Assembly: GCA_965230895.1 (NCBI GenBank)
Contig: OZ246394.1
Location: 833,955 to 897,954, forward strand
Reading direction: 5' to 3'
DNA from: an uncultured Gammaproteobacteria bacterium
Lineage (GTDB): Bacteria > Patescibacteriota > Microgenomatia > Levybacterales > UBA12049
DNA length: 64,000 bases
In this document: piece by piece, positions 49,101 through 57,642 of the stretch
Numbering within the stretch: position 1 is the first letter of the stretch
Layout of the letters: every line of letters starts with the position of its first letter
Notes under the pieces: generated by a model
Databases searched by the model: none
The model's input: the letters and a program-made list of their open reading frames with translations, nothing else
Told to the model about the DNA's origin: nothing
Made by a program: the position numbers and the translations under genes

Positions 49101-49205
49101 CTTCCCGACTGTACGGTCGCTGTCTGAGTTACACAGACTCGTGATGCGCTATGCGTATCTCGTGGAGTTTTACCACCGATGTTGAATTACACAAACCCCT
49201 GAAAG
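49101..49205 (-). ncRNA. FMN riboswitch (RFN element), divergent variant
   Basis: Minus strand CAGGGGUUUGUGUAAUUCAACAUCGGUGGUAAAACUCCACGAG…GAGUCUGUGUAACUCAGACAGCGACCGUACAGUCGGGAAG resembles the RFN consensus …GCAGGGUGAAAUUCCCGACCGGCGGUAGUAAAGCCCGCGAGC…GGAUUCAGUUUAAGCUGAAGCCGACAGUGAAAGUCUGGAUGGGAGAAG. Compensatory changes keep the stems (GUGG/CCAC for GCGG/CCGC, and GUCUG/CAGAC for UUCAG/CUGAA). Confidence 0.5.
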
Positions 49206-49215
49206 AATTGTATTT

Positions 49216-49244
49216 ATAATAGATGGTGTAGAAGAGGTTGTCAA
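49216..49244 (-). promoter_or_regulatory. sigma70-like promoter TTGACA-17-TATTAT driving the riboswitch and transporter
   Basis: Consensus -35 and a good -10 lie ~10 nt upstream of the RFN element. Confidence 0.45.
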
Positions 49245-49259
49245 CAGATGTTTGGAGAA

Positions 49260-49745
49260 TTAATGTTTAATATCACGTGCAACGTCCAACGCTTTCAGAA
49301 CAGCTTGTGCACCTTCAATACCTTTATTATGATCATTATCACCTGCACGAGCTTCTGCTTGCGCTTTTTCAAAAACAGCAAGAATTTCTATCGCTACCGG
49401 CATTTTATAATCTTGTGATAATTGCATTAATGCTCTTGCACATTCATTAGCGATCATTTCAAAATGATATGTCTCACCTTTTACAATAATTCCAAATGTG
49501 ATAATTGCATCAAACTTTTTTGATTCGGCTGCGACTTTGGCAACGAAGGGAATTTCCCAAGCACCAGGAGCATTAAAGATCTCAATATTTTCTTCATGAA
49601 CACCTGCATCTAAAAGCGTATTCTTTGCATGTTTTTCTAAGTTATCATTAAGTTCCTGATGATAATCAGTTCTAATAATTGCTATACGGATATTCGCTGG
49701 ATTAAGTACGTGCAACACTAATTTTTTATCTTGCTTTTGTATCAT
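49260..49745 (-). CDS. ribH: 6,7-dimethyl-8-ribityllumazine synthase
   Basis: APGAWEIP and GIIVKGETYHFEMIA lumazine synthase motifs. Confidence 0.85.
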   Translation of the reverse strand: MIQKQDKKLVLHVLNPANIRIAIIRTDYHQELNDNLEKHAKNTLLDAGVHEENIEIFNAPGAWEIPFVAKVAAESKKFDAIITFGIIVKGETYHFEMIANECARALMQLSQDYKMPVAIEILAVFEKAQAEARAGDNDHNKGIEGAQAVLKALDVARDIKH

Positions 49746-49746
49746 C

Positions 49747-50328
49747 TTATTTATTTATAACAAATTTCTCTAAATATTTTGCCAATACATCAACTTCAAT
49801 ATTTACAATATCGCCAGGTTTAGTCGTATGTACCATGGTTTTATCCCATGTATGAGGAATGATACCAACCGTGAAAGTTTCTTTATCTACTGAGATCACT
49901 GCCAAGGAAATTCCATTCATTGTTATTGAACCCTTCGCAACAATATATTTTGCAATCGATTCGGGGATGAAGACTGAGAAGATTCTACTATTCCCTTCGT
50001 CTTTTATTGACTGTATCTTCCCTACTGCATCGACATGTCCTTGGACAATATGACCAGCAAGGAATGTTTCACTCGTTGCAGGCAATTCTAAATTTACCAG
50101 ACTTCCAATTTCTAATTGCTGAATATTTGTTTTGGCAGCTGTCTCTGGCATAAATTCTATAGAAAATGTTTCATTATCAAAAGCGACAGCAGTGAGACAA
50201 ATTCCATCGACAGCGATACTCATCCCCAAGCTTAACTTATCGAGAAGACCTGCATCAGTTGTAACTACTAATTTATTTGAAGTTTTTTCTTTGATAGTAC
50301 CAAGATGCGTAATGATTCCAGTGAACAT
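49747..50328 (-). CDS. ribE: riboflavin synthase alpha subunit
   Basis: MFTGIITHLG start and two Lum_binding repeats. Confidence 0.85.
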   Translation of the reverse strand: MFTGIITHLGTIKEKTSNKLVVTTDAGLLDKLSLGMSIAVDGICLTAVAFDNETFSIEFMPETAAKTNIQQLEIGSLVNLELPATSETFLAGHIVQGHVDAVGKIQSIKDEGNSRIFSVFIPESIAKYIVAKGSITMNGISLAVISVDKETFTVGIIPHTWDKTMVHTTKPGDIVNIEVDVLAKYLEKFVINK

Positions 50329-50399
50329 TTCCAAATTATATCACCCTTTATCTTTTTGTGGACAAGCAATAGATATTTATAAAAGATAGAGAAAGAGCA

Positions 50400-50978
50400 T
50401 TAAACTTCAAGCGGATGACGTTCTACATTTTGAACAGTTCCATCTGATAATGTTACTTCTATAATTTCACCGCGTTGGATAACTTTCTCAGCATTTTCAG
50501 GATCCCAGAAATAACGCGGCGCTTCCTCCTGAATTAAATAATAATAAAGTACTGTCAAAGGGTCTCCGTGCGAAATAAGAATTGTATCTCTGCCATCGGC
50601 AACGGTCTCATCACAAATACTTTTCATTCTTTGCAGCATAGATTTGTGTGTCTCACGAGTTCTATTATCTTCTTCTTCAATCCAATGCTTTTCTGATGCA
50701 TGTACTTTTCCTTGCAATTCTGGACATGATGATTCAATGAGCCTTCGGTCAATTATCACCATTGATTTCGTCTGAGCAGCAATAATCTCTGCAGTTTGTA
50801 CAGTGCGGACAATTGGGCTGGCGATAATTGGCGTTTTATGTAACTCTCTTTTTATGAACCATTCTCCTAGCGTATCTGCCTGTCTTCTGCCAAACTCTGT
50901 TAGATGAAAAGGGAGGTGAAAAGCGTAAAGATGTGCTGGATTGTAGTATTCTGTGTGACGAACAAAATAAAGTTTCAT
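50400..50978 (-). CDS. histidine phosphatase superfamily protein (PGM-like branch)
   Basis: VRHTE (RHG variant), SPIVRTVQTAEI and LISHGDPL motifs. Confidence 0.6.
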   Translation of the reverse strand: MKLYFVRHTEYYNPAHLYAFHLPFHLTEFGRRQADTLGEWFIKRELHKTPIIASPIVRTVQTAEIIAAQTKSMVIIDRRLIESSCPELQGKVHASEKHWIEEEDNRTRETHKSMLQRMKSICDETVADGRDTILISHGDPLTVLYYYLIQEEAPRYFWDPENAEKVIQRGEIIEVTLSDGTVQNVERHPLEV

Positions 50979-51005
50979 ATATAGAGTATATGGTACAATT
51001 TATGC

Positions 51006-51629
51006 ATGAATCAAGAGTTTGATCGTCAAATCCAAAATCTCCTCGATAAAGAGTATCCAAAACTCCTTGGGATTTCTGAAAATGAATTGAAAGAAAAGCT
51101 TGAACTGCTGAGAGAAAACTTACCGATAAGTGGTGAGGTAAACATTGAAAATGGTACATTACCGTTTGTAATTGTGATCAAAAGCCCTCAGAGTGAGTCT
51201 GAGCGGCTAATGGACCTCGTTATAAGAGATGGCAAACAAGGATTCTCAAAAATGTTTCCTCATGAAGCGAAAGAGTTTTTTCCAACTGATTTAGTTAAAA
51301 TTCCAGATAGTATTGCGTATTTACTGATAAATATTGACCGAGGAAAAGAAAATTTGAATGTTGCTCCAAATGACGCTCTTAAAACGATTAAGAACCAGAA
51401 ACGCACACCGCTCACAATTGATGAAGGAATTGCATTAATAACACAGTATCCAGAATTCCTATTTAAAAATAATTGTTTCTCGCTCCTTGGATCACGATGT
51501 CCGGGAAATAAACGGGTTCCGGCAATATGGATTAATGCTGCGAAACGACCAAATCTTGGTTGGTGCTGGGATGGTAATCCTCATACTTGGCTTGGCTCAG
51601 CATCATGTGAGAAGAGAGTTGGAATATAA
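51006..51629 (+). CDS. hypothetical protein
   Basis: ORF only. Confidence 0.35.
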   Translation: MNQEFDRQIQNLLDKEYPKLLGISENELKEKLELLRENLPISGEVNIENGTLPFVIVIKSPQSESERLMDLVIRDGKQGFSKMFPHEAKEFFPTDLVKIPDSIAYLLINIDRGKENLNVAPNDALKTIKNQKRTPLTIDEGIALITQYPEFLFKNNCFSLLGSRCPGNKRVPAIWINAAKRPNLGWCWDGNPHTWLGSASCEKRVGI

Positions 51630-52463
51630 TTATTTTAACTGAGTATCCTCAAATTCTTGTAATGCTACCTCAAGCTTTTTTCCGTATTGTTCTTCGAAGA
51701 TAGTCCTATGGAGCGATGGTGTTTTGAGATATTCATGATTAAATGTATTAAACTTTTCCTGCCCATACGATTCAATCAGATATTTAATAAATTCACCATA
51801 CAATGTATGCGAGACTTTATATCGCTCTGCGGATTCTTCATTTAACCCTTTAAAAGCATCTGCTACATAAGGAGAATCGCCTTCAGTAGATTCTTCAAGT
51901 CGTGCTTTTTTCAAATGCTCAATGAACTCATCATGCGAATAAAATCTTGGGCCACCGACATAAAATGGAACACCTTCTGAAATGTATGTAATACTTCCCG
52001 CCCTGGAAGCATTAAAAATATTTGTATTTTGATGATGCAGCAAATGTACTAATTCATGCTTTACATATTCTTCTTCATTTAATTCTTGTTCAGCAATTTT
52101 CTCTGCGTTAATATATAGAATATCGCCTGTCATTAAAGCTACTCCGCCTAAGCCATCAGTATGTAACCAAGGGATATATCCTCTCATGTGATCTTTATCC
52201 GTACGAATAATTTTTATGCTTCGTGAAATTGGTAAATCAAATGTTGTACTTGTATCTGAGAGGAATGTTTCAAGAGACTGATAATACGAGGGTAATGCAG
52301 TATCCTGTGCAAAATACACAGAATATGTTTGCGATTTATATTCTTTATATCCCGATTTTATTGGATTCCACGGAAATAAGGGACCCCATACAAAAAGGTA
52401 ATAAACGAGGATGACACAAATTGCTGATATCCAATATCGTTTTTTAAACTTTCGAAATTTCAT
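51630..52463 (-). CDS. membrane-anchored putative zinc metallopeptidase (HExxH…E)
   Basis: N-terminal TM; KHELVHLLHH followed by ISEG, a gluzincin-like arrangement. Confidence 0.4.
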   Translation of the reverse strand: MKFRKFKKRYWISAICVILVYYLFVWGPLFPWNPIKSGYKEYKSQTYSVYFAQDTALPSYYQSLETFLSDTSTTFDLPISRSIKIIRTDKDHMRGYIPWLHTDGLGGVALMTGDILYINAEKIAEQELNEEEYVKHELVHLLHHQNTNIFNASRAGSITYISEGVPFYVGGPRFYSHDEFIEHLKKARLEESTEGDSPYVADAFKGLNEESAERYKVSHTLYGEFIKYLIESYGQEKFNTFNHEYLKTPSLHRTIFEEQYGKKLEVALQEFEDTQLK

Positions 52464-52468
52464 TGCGG

Positions 52469-53821
52469 TTATGCGTTTTTATGATTTTTACCCAACCAAA
52501 AACCGAGTGCAATCCAAAATGCAGTGACAAGATACGCGATGATAAAAGCAATGCCAGAACCAAATTCATGGATGACAATTGCAGCCATTGCGGTAACAAT
52601 TCCCCCACCCATAAATGGTTCAAAGGCCAATTGCTTGTATGAAAAAGTTTCCTTTGCTTTCACGTCATTTCGAGGATCAACGAGACGATTAAGTAACAAC
52701 CCTGTTGCTGTCATTCCCATTGATTGCCCGACGTTAGTAATACCATTTACAAACCAATGCTGTGGGAAAAACTTTGGAGCAAAGAAATAGAAACTTCCTA
52801 AAATCCAAAGAACCCCAGCGCCAGCAAGAATTAAAAAGACTGCCCAGTTCTCACCGATGACTTTTAGAGACACTGTGGCAATTGCACTAGCAATTAATAA
52901 GTCTAAACTAATGGAACTGAAATTCTCGACAGTTCGACGCTTTATCAAAGATTGCTTATCCATTTTCTTCATACCAAGTTGCACAAATAATCCGCCAAGC
53001 ATTGCAAGTGTAAATAGTGGAAGATACGTAAAGAATCTAATGTCGGTAAATTGTTGCATAACAACTTCTTCAAGTTGTATGAGCCCTTGCAATAGTACCC
53101 ACCCAATTCCTATAGATGCTGCGAATGCTCCAATTGCAGTAAGAAGAATCCTGGGATGTTCATTAAACTTACTTGCCAGATCAAGAAGATCATAACCACT
53201 TTTGATAAGTTGTTTTTCCTGTTCCTTCCAGACTTCTTCATCATCCAATTTTGTCCGTCGTCGGTTATAAAGATTTACTAGGATTACTCCACTAACAATG
53301 GCTGCTATCAAACTAAAGGTCGCCAAACCTAATGCAATATCTGTACCTTCTGACCAACCGAGCTCTTCAAAGGTTGGAGCAAGTCCGGCAGCAGTACCAT
53401 GTCCTCCTTCAAAACTTATTTCGATTAGCGATCCAACCATAGGATTTGTCCCAAATAACGGAGACAACACAAAAAGAGAAAGTGCGATGCCGATAACATA
53501 TTGTCCCCAGGCCAGTGTATTTCCAAATGCGATCATCGGTGCAGAAGTTTTCCAAATTTCTTTCATGCTTGGGATAAACTTGCCGAGGAAAAGTCCTGCG
53601 AATACAACGTTAATGAGATATTTGGGAAATTGCTCCCAAAAGCTAGTGACGTCAGTTCCTATGTATCCAAGAATTTGTGGACCGAGGAGTAATCCAATTA
53701 TTCCTGCAATGAGCGAACTGGGTATAAAAAGATGCTGAAAGAAGGGCGTTCGTCTTTTGATAAAACGAGCAACGAGGATAATTATCAGAAGTAAGATGAA
53801 GCTATCAACAATTGGTGGCAT
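52469..53821 (-). CDS. gltS: sodium/glutamate symporter GltS family
   Basis: EISFEGGHGTAAGLAPTFEELGW matches the GltS SGGHGTGAA motif. N-terminus FFQHLFIPSSLIAGIIGLLLGPQ. Confidence 0.6.
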   Translation of the reverse strand: MPPIVDSFILLLIIILVARFIKRRTPFFQHLFIPSSLIAGIIGLLLGPQILGYIGTDVTSFWEQFPKYLINVVFAGLFLGKFIPSMKEIWKTSAPMIAFGNTLAWGQYVIGIALSLFVLSPLFGTNPMVGSLIEISFEGGHGTAAGLAPTFEELGWSEGTDIALGLATFSLIAAIVSGVILVNLYNRRRTKLDDEEVWKEQEKQLIKSGYDLLDLASKFNEHPRILLTAIGAFAASIGIGWVLLQGLIQLEEVVMQQFTDIRFFTYLPLFTLAMLGGLFVQLGMKKMDKQSLIKRRTVENFSSISLDLLIASAIATVSLKVIGENWAVFLILAGAGVLWILGSFYFFAPKFFPQHWFVNGITNVGQSMGMTATGLLLNRLVDPRNDVKAKETFSYKQLAFEPFMGGGIVTAMAAIVIHEFGSGIAFIIAYLVTAFWIALGFWLGKNHKNA

Positions 53822-53863
53822 ATAAAAAGTATAGCAAAAATAAGGTAAAACGAACTGATCTAT

Positions 53864-54472
53864 TTAAGGTGTCGTTGACGGATCAGGAGTAGCTGTCGAT
53901 GGAACATCTGTCGGGGGTACTGAAGTTGGAACTGCAGTTGGGTCTGGAGCTTTTGTCGCTGTCGGTTCTGGTGCCTTTGTTGGAGCAGATGTTGCTGTTG
54001 GTGCAGTAGTAGAAGCAGGCTTTGTCGGAATAGGTGGCGTTTTCTTCGAATCTGCTGTTCCTTCATTAGCTCCGTAAACTTCCGGCATTGGTAGCTCTTG
54101 TTGCTTCTCTTGTTGTTGTACTGGCGTTATCTGTGTCTGCTTTTTAGATACATCAAGATTTTTTGAAGGATCGTCCTTCCCCATGAACATATCGATAGAA
54201 AAAATTGCAATAAAAGCAACAGCTAGAACTCCTCCAACAATCCCTAACCATTTCGTCATTGAATCTGGAGTGGCATTAAGGTCCGCAAAGAAACCAGTTT
54301 TTTCTTCCTTTTCTTTATTCTCAAAATTTTCGACAATCACTTCTGGCTCCGTCTCATCGTTTTTTTTCTCGGTTCCTTCTTTTGCTTCTTCAACTGATTC
54401 TTCTTTTGCCACTAATTCCGCATTCCCGTCTTCCACTTGCGAATCTTCTTTCTTTGTTTCGGAAGTATCCAT
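53864..54472 (-). CDS. anchored protein with acidic N-terminus, one TM and a Pro/Thr/Ala-rich extracellular tail
   Basis: TAPTATSAPTKAPEPTATKAPDPTAVPTSVPPTDVP low-complexity tail. Confidence 0.4.
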   Translation of the reverse strand: MDTSETKKEDSQVEDGNAELVAKEESVEEAKEGTEKKNDETEPEVIVENFENKEKEEKTGFFADLNATPDSMTKWLGIVGGVLAVAFIAIFSIDMFMGKDDPSKNLDVSKKQTQITPVQQQEKQQELPMPEVYGANEGTADSKKTPPIPTKPASTTAPTATSAPTKAPEPTATKAPDPTAVPTSVPPTDVPSTATPDPSTTP

Positions 54473-54511
54473 ATGATCTAAGTATAAACAAATGGGGTTG
54501 ATTTAACAATA

Positions 54512-55108
54512 TTATTTGGCTATTTTTGCAGGCGTGTAGTATACACCGAGAACTCCAGAGGACTCGAAAGCTTTTGCGTATGTAAGCTGCAATTTATTTC
54601 TTTCCTCAAGATCTTTAAACAATGGCATCCCTTTCCCAAGAACAATTGGCTGTACTTTGAATCGGTATTCATCAACAAGATTGAGTCGTACCAATGTCTG
54701 AGCTAAGCTAACTCCTCCGAATAGGACTATATCGCCTCCTTGAGACGCTTTAAGATTTGTTACTTCTCTAATAATATCTTCATCGTTTTGTACAGAAAGG
54801 ACAAAAGAATTATTCCACTCTGCTTTTTGAAGTGTTTTGGATACAACGTACTTTGGAGAATCAATCAACCAATTTGCAAACTCTACAAGTTCTTTTGGAC
54901 TATTCGGATCCTTCGCCATTGCAGGCCATGCTTGAGAAAAACCTTCATAAAGAACTCTGCCCATAATCATACTATCCACAGTCTTGAGAAGATCTGGGAT
55001 AAGTGACATTGAGACCACAGGATCCTGGATTTCCCAATCCAGTTCCCCTTTTGGACCACTGACATACCCATCGACAGAAAGTACCATGTATAAAATTATT
55101 TTTCTCAT
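54512..55108 (-). CDS. dihydrofolate reductase-like (RibD_C family) protein
   Basis: MRKIILYMVLSVDGYVSGPKGELDW signature; length ~198 aa. Confidence 0.7.
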   Translation of the reverse strand: MRKIILYMVLSVDGYVSGPKGELDWEIQDPVVSMSLIPDLLKTVDSMIMGRVLYEGFSQAWPAMAKDPNSPKELVEFANWLIDSPKYVVSKTLQKAEWNNSFVLSVQNDEDIIREVTNLKASQGGDIVLFGGVSLAQTLVRLNLVDEYRFKVQPIVLGKGMPLFKDLEERNKLQLTYAKAFESSGVLGVYYTPAKIAK

Positions 55109-55109
55109 A

Positions 55110-55481
55110 TTATGCAGCTGCCTCATTAACTTCGAAGATACCAAATGTATTTCCCTGCGTATCTATAAAATATCCTTGCCAACATCGACCTGGGACAGCA
55201 AATTTTTGCATTGCAACTTTCCCTCCGAGAGAAAGAATTTTCTGTGCCATTGAATCAAAATTATCTACCTCTATCGAACAGACAAAGGCATTTGCGCCAC
55301 CAGAAACAACTGGAGCAGAACGTTTAAGTAGACCTCCATTTATGCCATTTGTTTTAATATCATAAAATTCCACTGGGGCTCCTTCTTGTTTGGTGAACTC
55401 CCATCCAAAAAGCTGTCCATAAAAATCTTTTGCTGCAGCAGGATCATCTGCATGAATTTCAAAGAACATGACGTTATTCAT
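55110..55481 (-). CDS. VOC/glyoxalase family protein
   Basis: FEIHADDPAAAKDFYGQLFGWEF; paralog of the 57267 product. Confidence 0.75.
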   Translation of the reverse strand: MNNVMFFEIHADDPAAAKDFYGQLFGWEFTKQEGAPVEFYDIKTNGINGGLLKRSAPVVSGGANAFVCSIEVDNFDSMAQKILSLGGKVAMQKFAVPGRCWQGYFIDTQGNTFGIFEVNEAAA

Positions 55482-55582
55482 AAATCATAGTGTATCAGAA
55501 ATAGCTCATCTTAAAAATAATAATTCTGTAAGAAGAGTACTCTTACAGAATATCGAACAGTTTTTACTTATACTGTTGCTCT

Positions 55583-55849
55583 ATGCTTAAAGACTTTTTC
55601 TTTATGGGAGTTTTTATAGTGGGTTTGATTACTGCACAAATTGCTGGCATCGCTTTAGGAGAACAATTCGCAGGTGTTGAGAGTTCTGTAGAGCAACAAC
55701 CTTCGAGAACAACTCCCAAGGATATAATCTCGCCAACTGTAAGCCCTGCTATTTCTCCAGACGCATCAGAACTTGAAGACAATCCGGAACGAGAAGATGA
55801 TGATAATCCTGGAGAAAGCAGTAGAAATAGACGAGGAAGAGACCACTAA
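55583..55849 (+). CDS. small anchored acidic protein, hypothetical
   Basis: ORF with an N-terminal TM. Confidence 0.3.
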   Translation: MLKDFFFMGVFIVGLITAQIAGIALGEQFAGVESSVEQQPSRTTPKDIISPTVSPAISPDASELEDNPEREDDDNPGESSRNRRGRDH

Positions 55850-55852
55850 AGC

Positions 55853-56416
55853 TTAGATAAAAGCATATCGCTTGCTGTCACCATCCATATACGACTCTGC
55901 TAATCCTTCATCAACAAGTGAGTCCCAAATACTTCGCGCTGCATCTGCTATTGTTACACCAGAGTGTAAAGGTACATCATAAAGCATCTGCGCCATACCG
56001 TTCATCATCTCTACACGTCTTTTCCCGAAACCTTTTCTTTTCTCTTCGCTAAACGTGTATCCGACAAATGGTTTGCCTGAGTTACCTCGAGCCATTTCTC
56101 CATATCCTTGCATGCCACCATGCGAATTGGTATCAAAGAAATACGTCCAATCAAATGTTGATCCATTTTCATTCTTCACTGTCTTCTGAGCAATATATGT
56201 CGCATCTCCACTATCATGTTCTACTCTATAAAACGAGTCAAATTTTCCATTTATATGATTCATTGTCCGCAAACCCAAACGGCTATCAAAAAGATCCATT
56301 GCTGCAGTAGGAATATCTTGGGAAGCTATGGATTTTACCTTTCCTTGGGGAAATTCTTTTGAGAACTTTATGCTATCAATTTTAGGACGGATTGGAAGAT
56401 CAACTTCAACAGGCAT
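55853..56416 (-). CDS. hypothetical protein
   Basis: ORF only. Confidence 0.35.
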   Translation of the reverse strand: MPVEVDLPIRPKIDSIKFSKEFPQGKVKSIASQDIPTAAMDLFDSRLGLRTMNHINGKFDSFYRVEHDSGDATYIAQKTVKNENGSTFDWTYFFDTNSHGGMQGYGEMARGNSGKPFVGYTFSEEKRKGFGKRRVEMMNGMAQMLYDVPLHSGVTIADAARSIWDSLVDEGLAESYMDGDSKRYAFI

Positions 56417-56438
56417 TAGATTATTGTAGCACGGAAAA

Positions 56439-56879
56439 TTATGCTTTTTTAAGTCGGAGTTTGCCTCCCCACCAGACGAGAGGATATGCTGTCACTGCTA
56501 GAGCAATTGGATACCAATGTTCAGATAAATTCCATCCAACAATCATACCGATAACTCCACCAATTGTTCCAATAACCGCTAGAACTTTCACATGCTTCAT
56601 TGGGTTCTGTGGAGCTAGCATCGCAGTGACGTAACCACCTAAAACTGTATACGCACTTCTGTATAGTAATGCTAAAAAGAGCATCCATCCCGGCATATAA
56701 GCATTTGCATCTGGTTGCGGGAAAAGACCTGCTGATTCCAGAAGAGAATCCGTCATTGTCGAGAGAAGTACGACGACAAGAAATCCTGCAAGGACAGCCC
56801 AAATGCTTTTCAAAACATTGCCTTTAGACTTTGTGGATTTAGTCTTTTTTGCTACCTTTTTCTTTACTGCTTTTGCCAT
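56439..56879 (-). CDS. membrane protein with Lys-rich N-terminus, hypothetical
   Basis: KKKVAKKTKSTKSKG followed by 4 TM helices. Confidence 0.4.
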   Translation of the reverse strand: MAKAVKKKVAKKTKSTKSKGNVLKSIWAVLAGFLVVVLLSTMTDSLLESAGLFPQPDANAYMPGWMLFLALLYRSAYTVLGGYVTAMLAPQNPMKHVKVLAVIGTIGGVIGMIVGWNLSEHWYPIALAVTAYPLVWWGGKLRLKKA

Positions 56880-56981
56880 CTACTTAAAGTATATGGAGAA
56901 GATTTTTGTTTGACAATAGATCAATATTGTTAATACTTTACTTACAAAGATCAGCAAAAAGTGATAGTATAGTACCTACAT

Positions 56982-57254
56982 ATGGACATCCAAACATTAC
57001 AAACGGTCTATTATTCGATGAGCATTGTCTTTATGACACTTTTTCTCATTGCAATAATTGCTTTAATTATCGTTGGCATTAAACTTCTTATCAAAGTAAA
57101 TAGGATTCATCGCCAGATTGATGATATCCTGACTCAATTTCAGGAAAATCCGACAGGAAAAGCTTCTGAAATATTAATGAGTGTCGGTGCCGGGCTTGCA
57201 AATGCAGGAGTACAAAAAGTAAAGGAAATCATTGAAGATAAAAAGCGAAGGTAA
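56982..57254 (+). CDS. small single-TM protein, hypothetical
   Basis: ORF. Confidence 0.35.
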   Translation: MDIQTLQTVYYSMSIVFMTLFLIAIIALIIVGIKLLIKVNRIHRQIDDILTQFQENPTGKASEILMSVGAGLANAGVQKVKEIIEDKKRR

Positions 57255-57266
57255 AAGAAGTGTCAT

Positions 57267-57641
57267 ATGAATAAAGTTATACATTTTGAAATTCCATTTG
57301 ATGATAAGGAACGTGCAAAGAAGTTTTATGGTGAAACCTTCGGATGGGAATTTGACGAGATACCAGAAATAAACTACACCGGCATCAAAACAACTCCAAC
57401 AGATGAAACGAGTTTGCCTTTGGAACGAGGAGTGATCAATGGTGGATTAACAGAAAGAGCAAAGGACACGCCAACTCCAGTGATAACAATCGAGGTCGAC
57501 TCAATTGATGATTATGTAAAAAAGGTCGAATCAGCCGGCGGACAAAGCATTAGCCCAAAAGGCGAAGTCCCACAAATGGGATATTATGCGTATGTAAAAG
57601 ATAGCGAAGGTAATGTGATTGGTTTGTGGGAGAATATATAA
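57267..57641 (+). CDS. VOC/glyoxalase family protein (paralog)
   Basis: FEIPFDDKERAKKFYGETFGWEF. Confidence 0.75.
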   Translation: MNKVIHFEIPFDDKERAKKFYGETFGWEFDEIPEINYTGIKTTPTDETSLPLERGVINGGLTERAKDTPTPVITIEVDSIDDYVKKVESAGGQSISPKGEVPQMGYYAYVKDSEGNVIGLWENI

Positions 57642-57642
57642 T

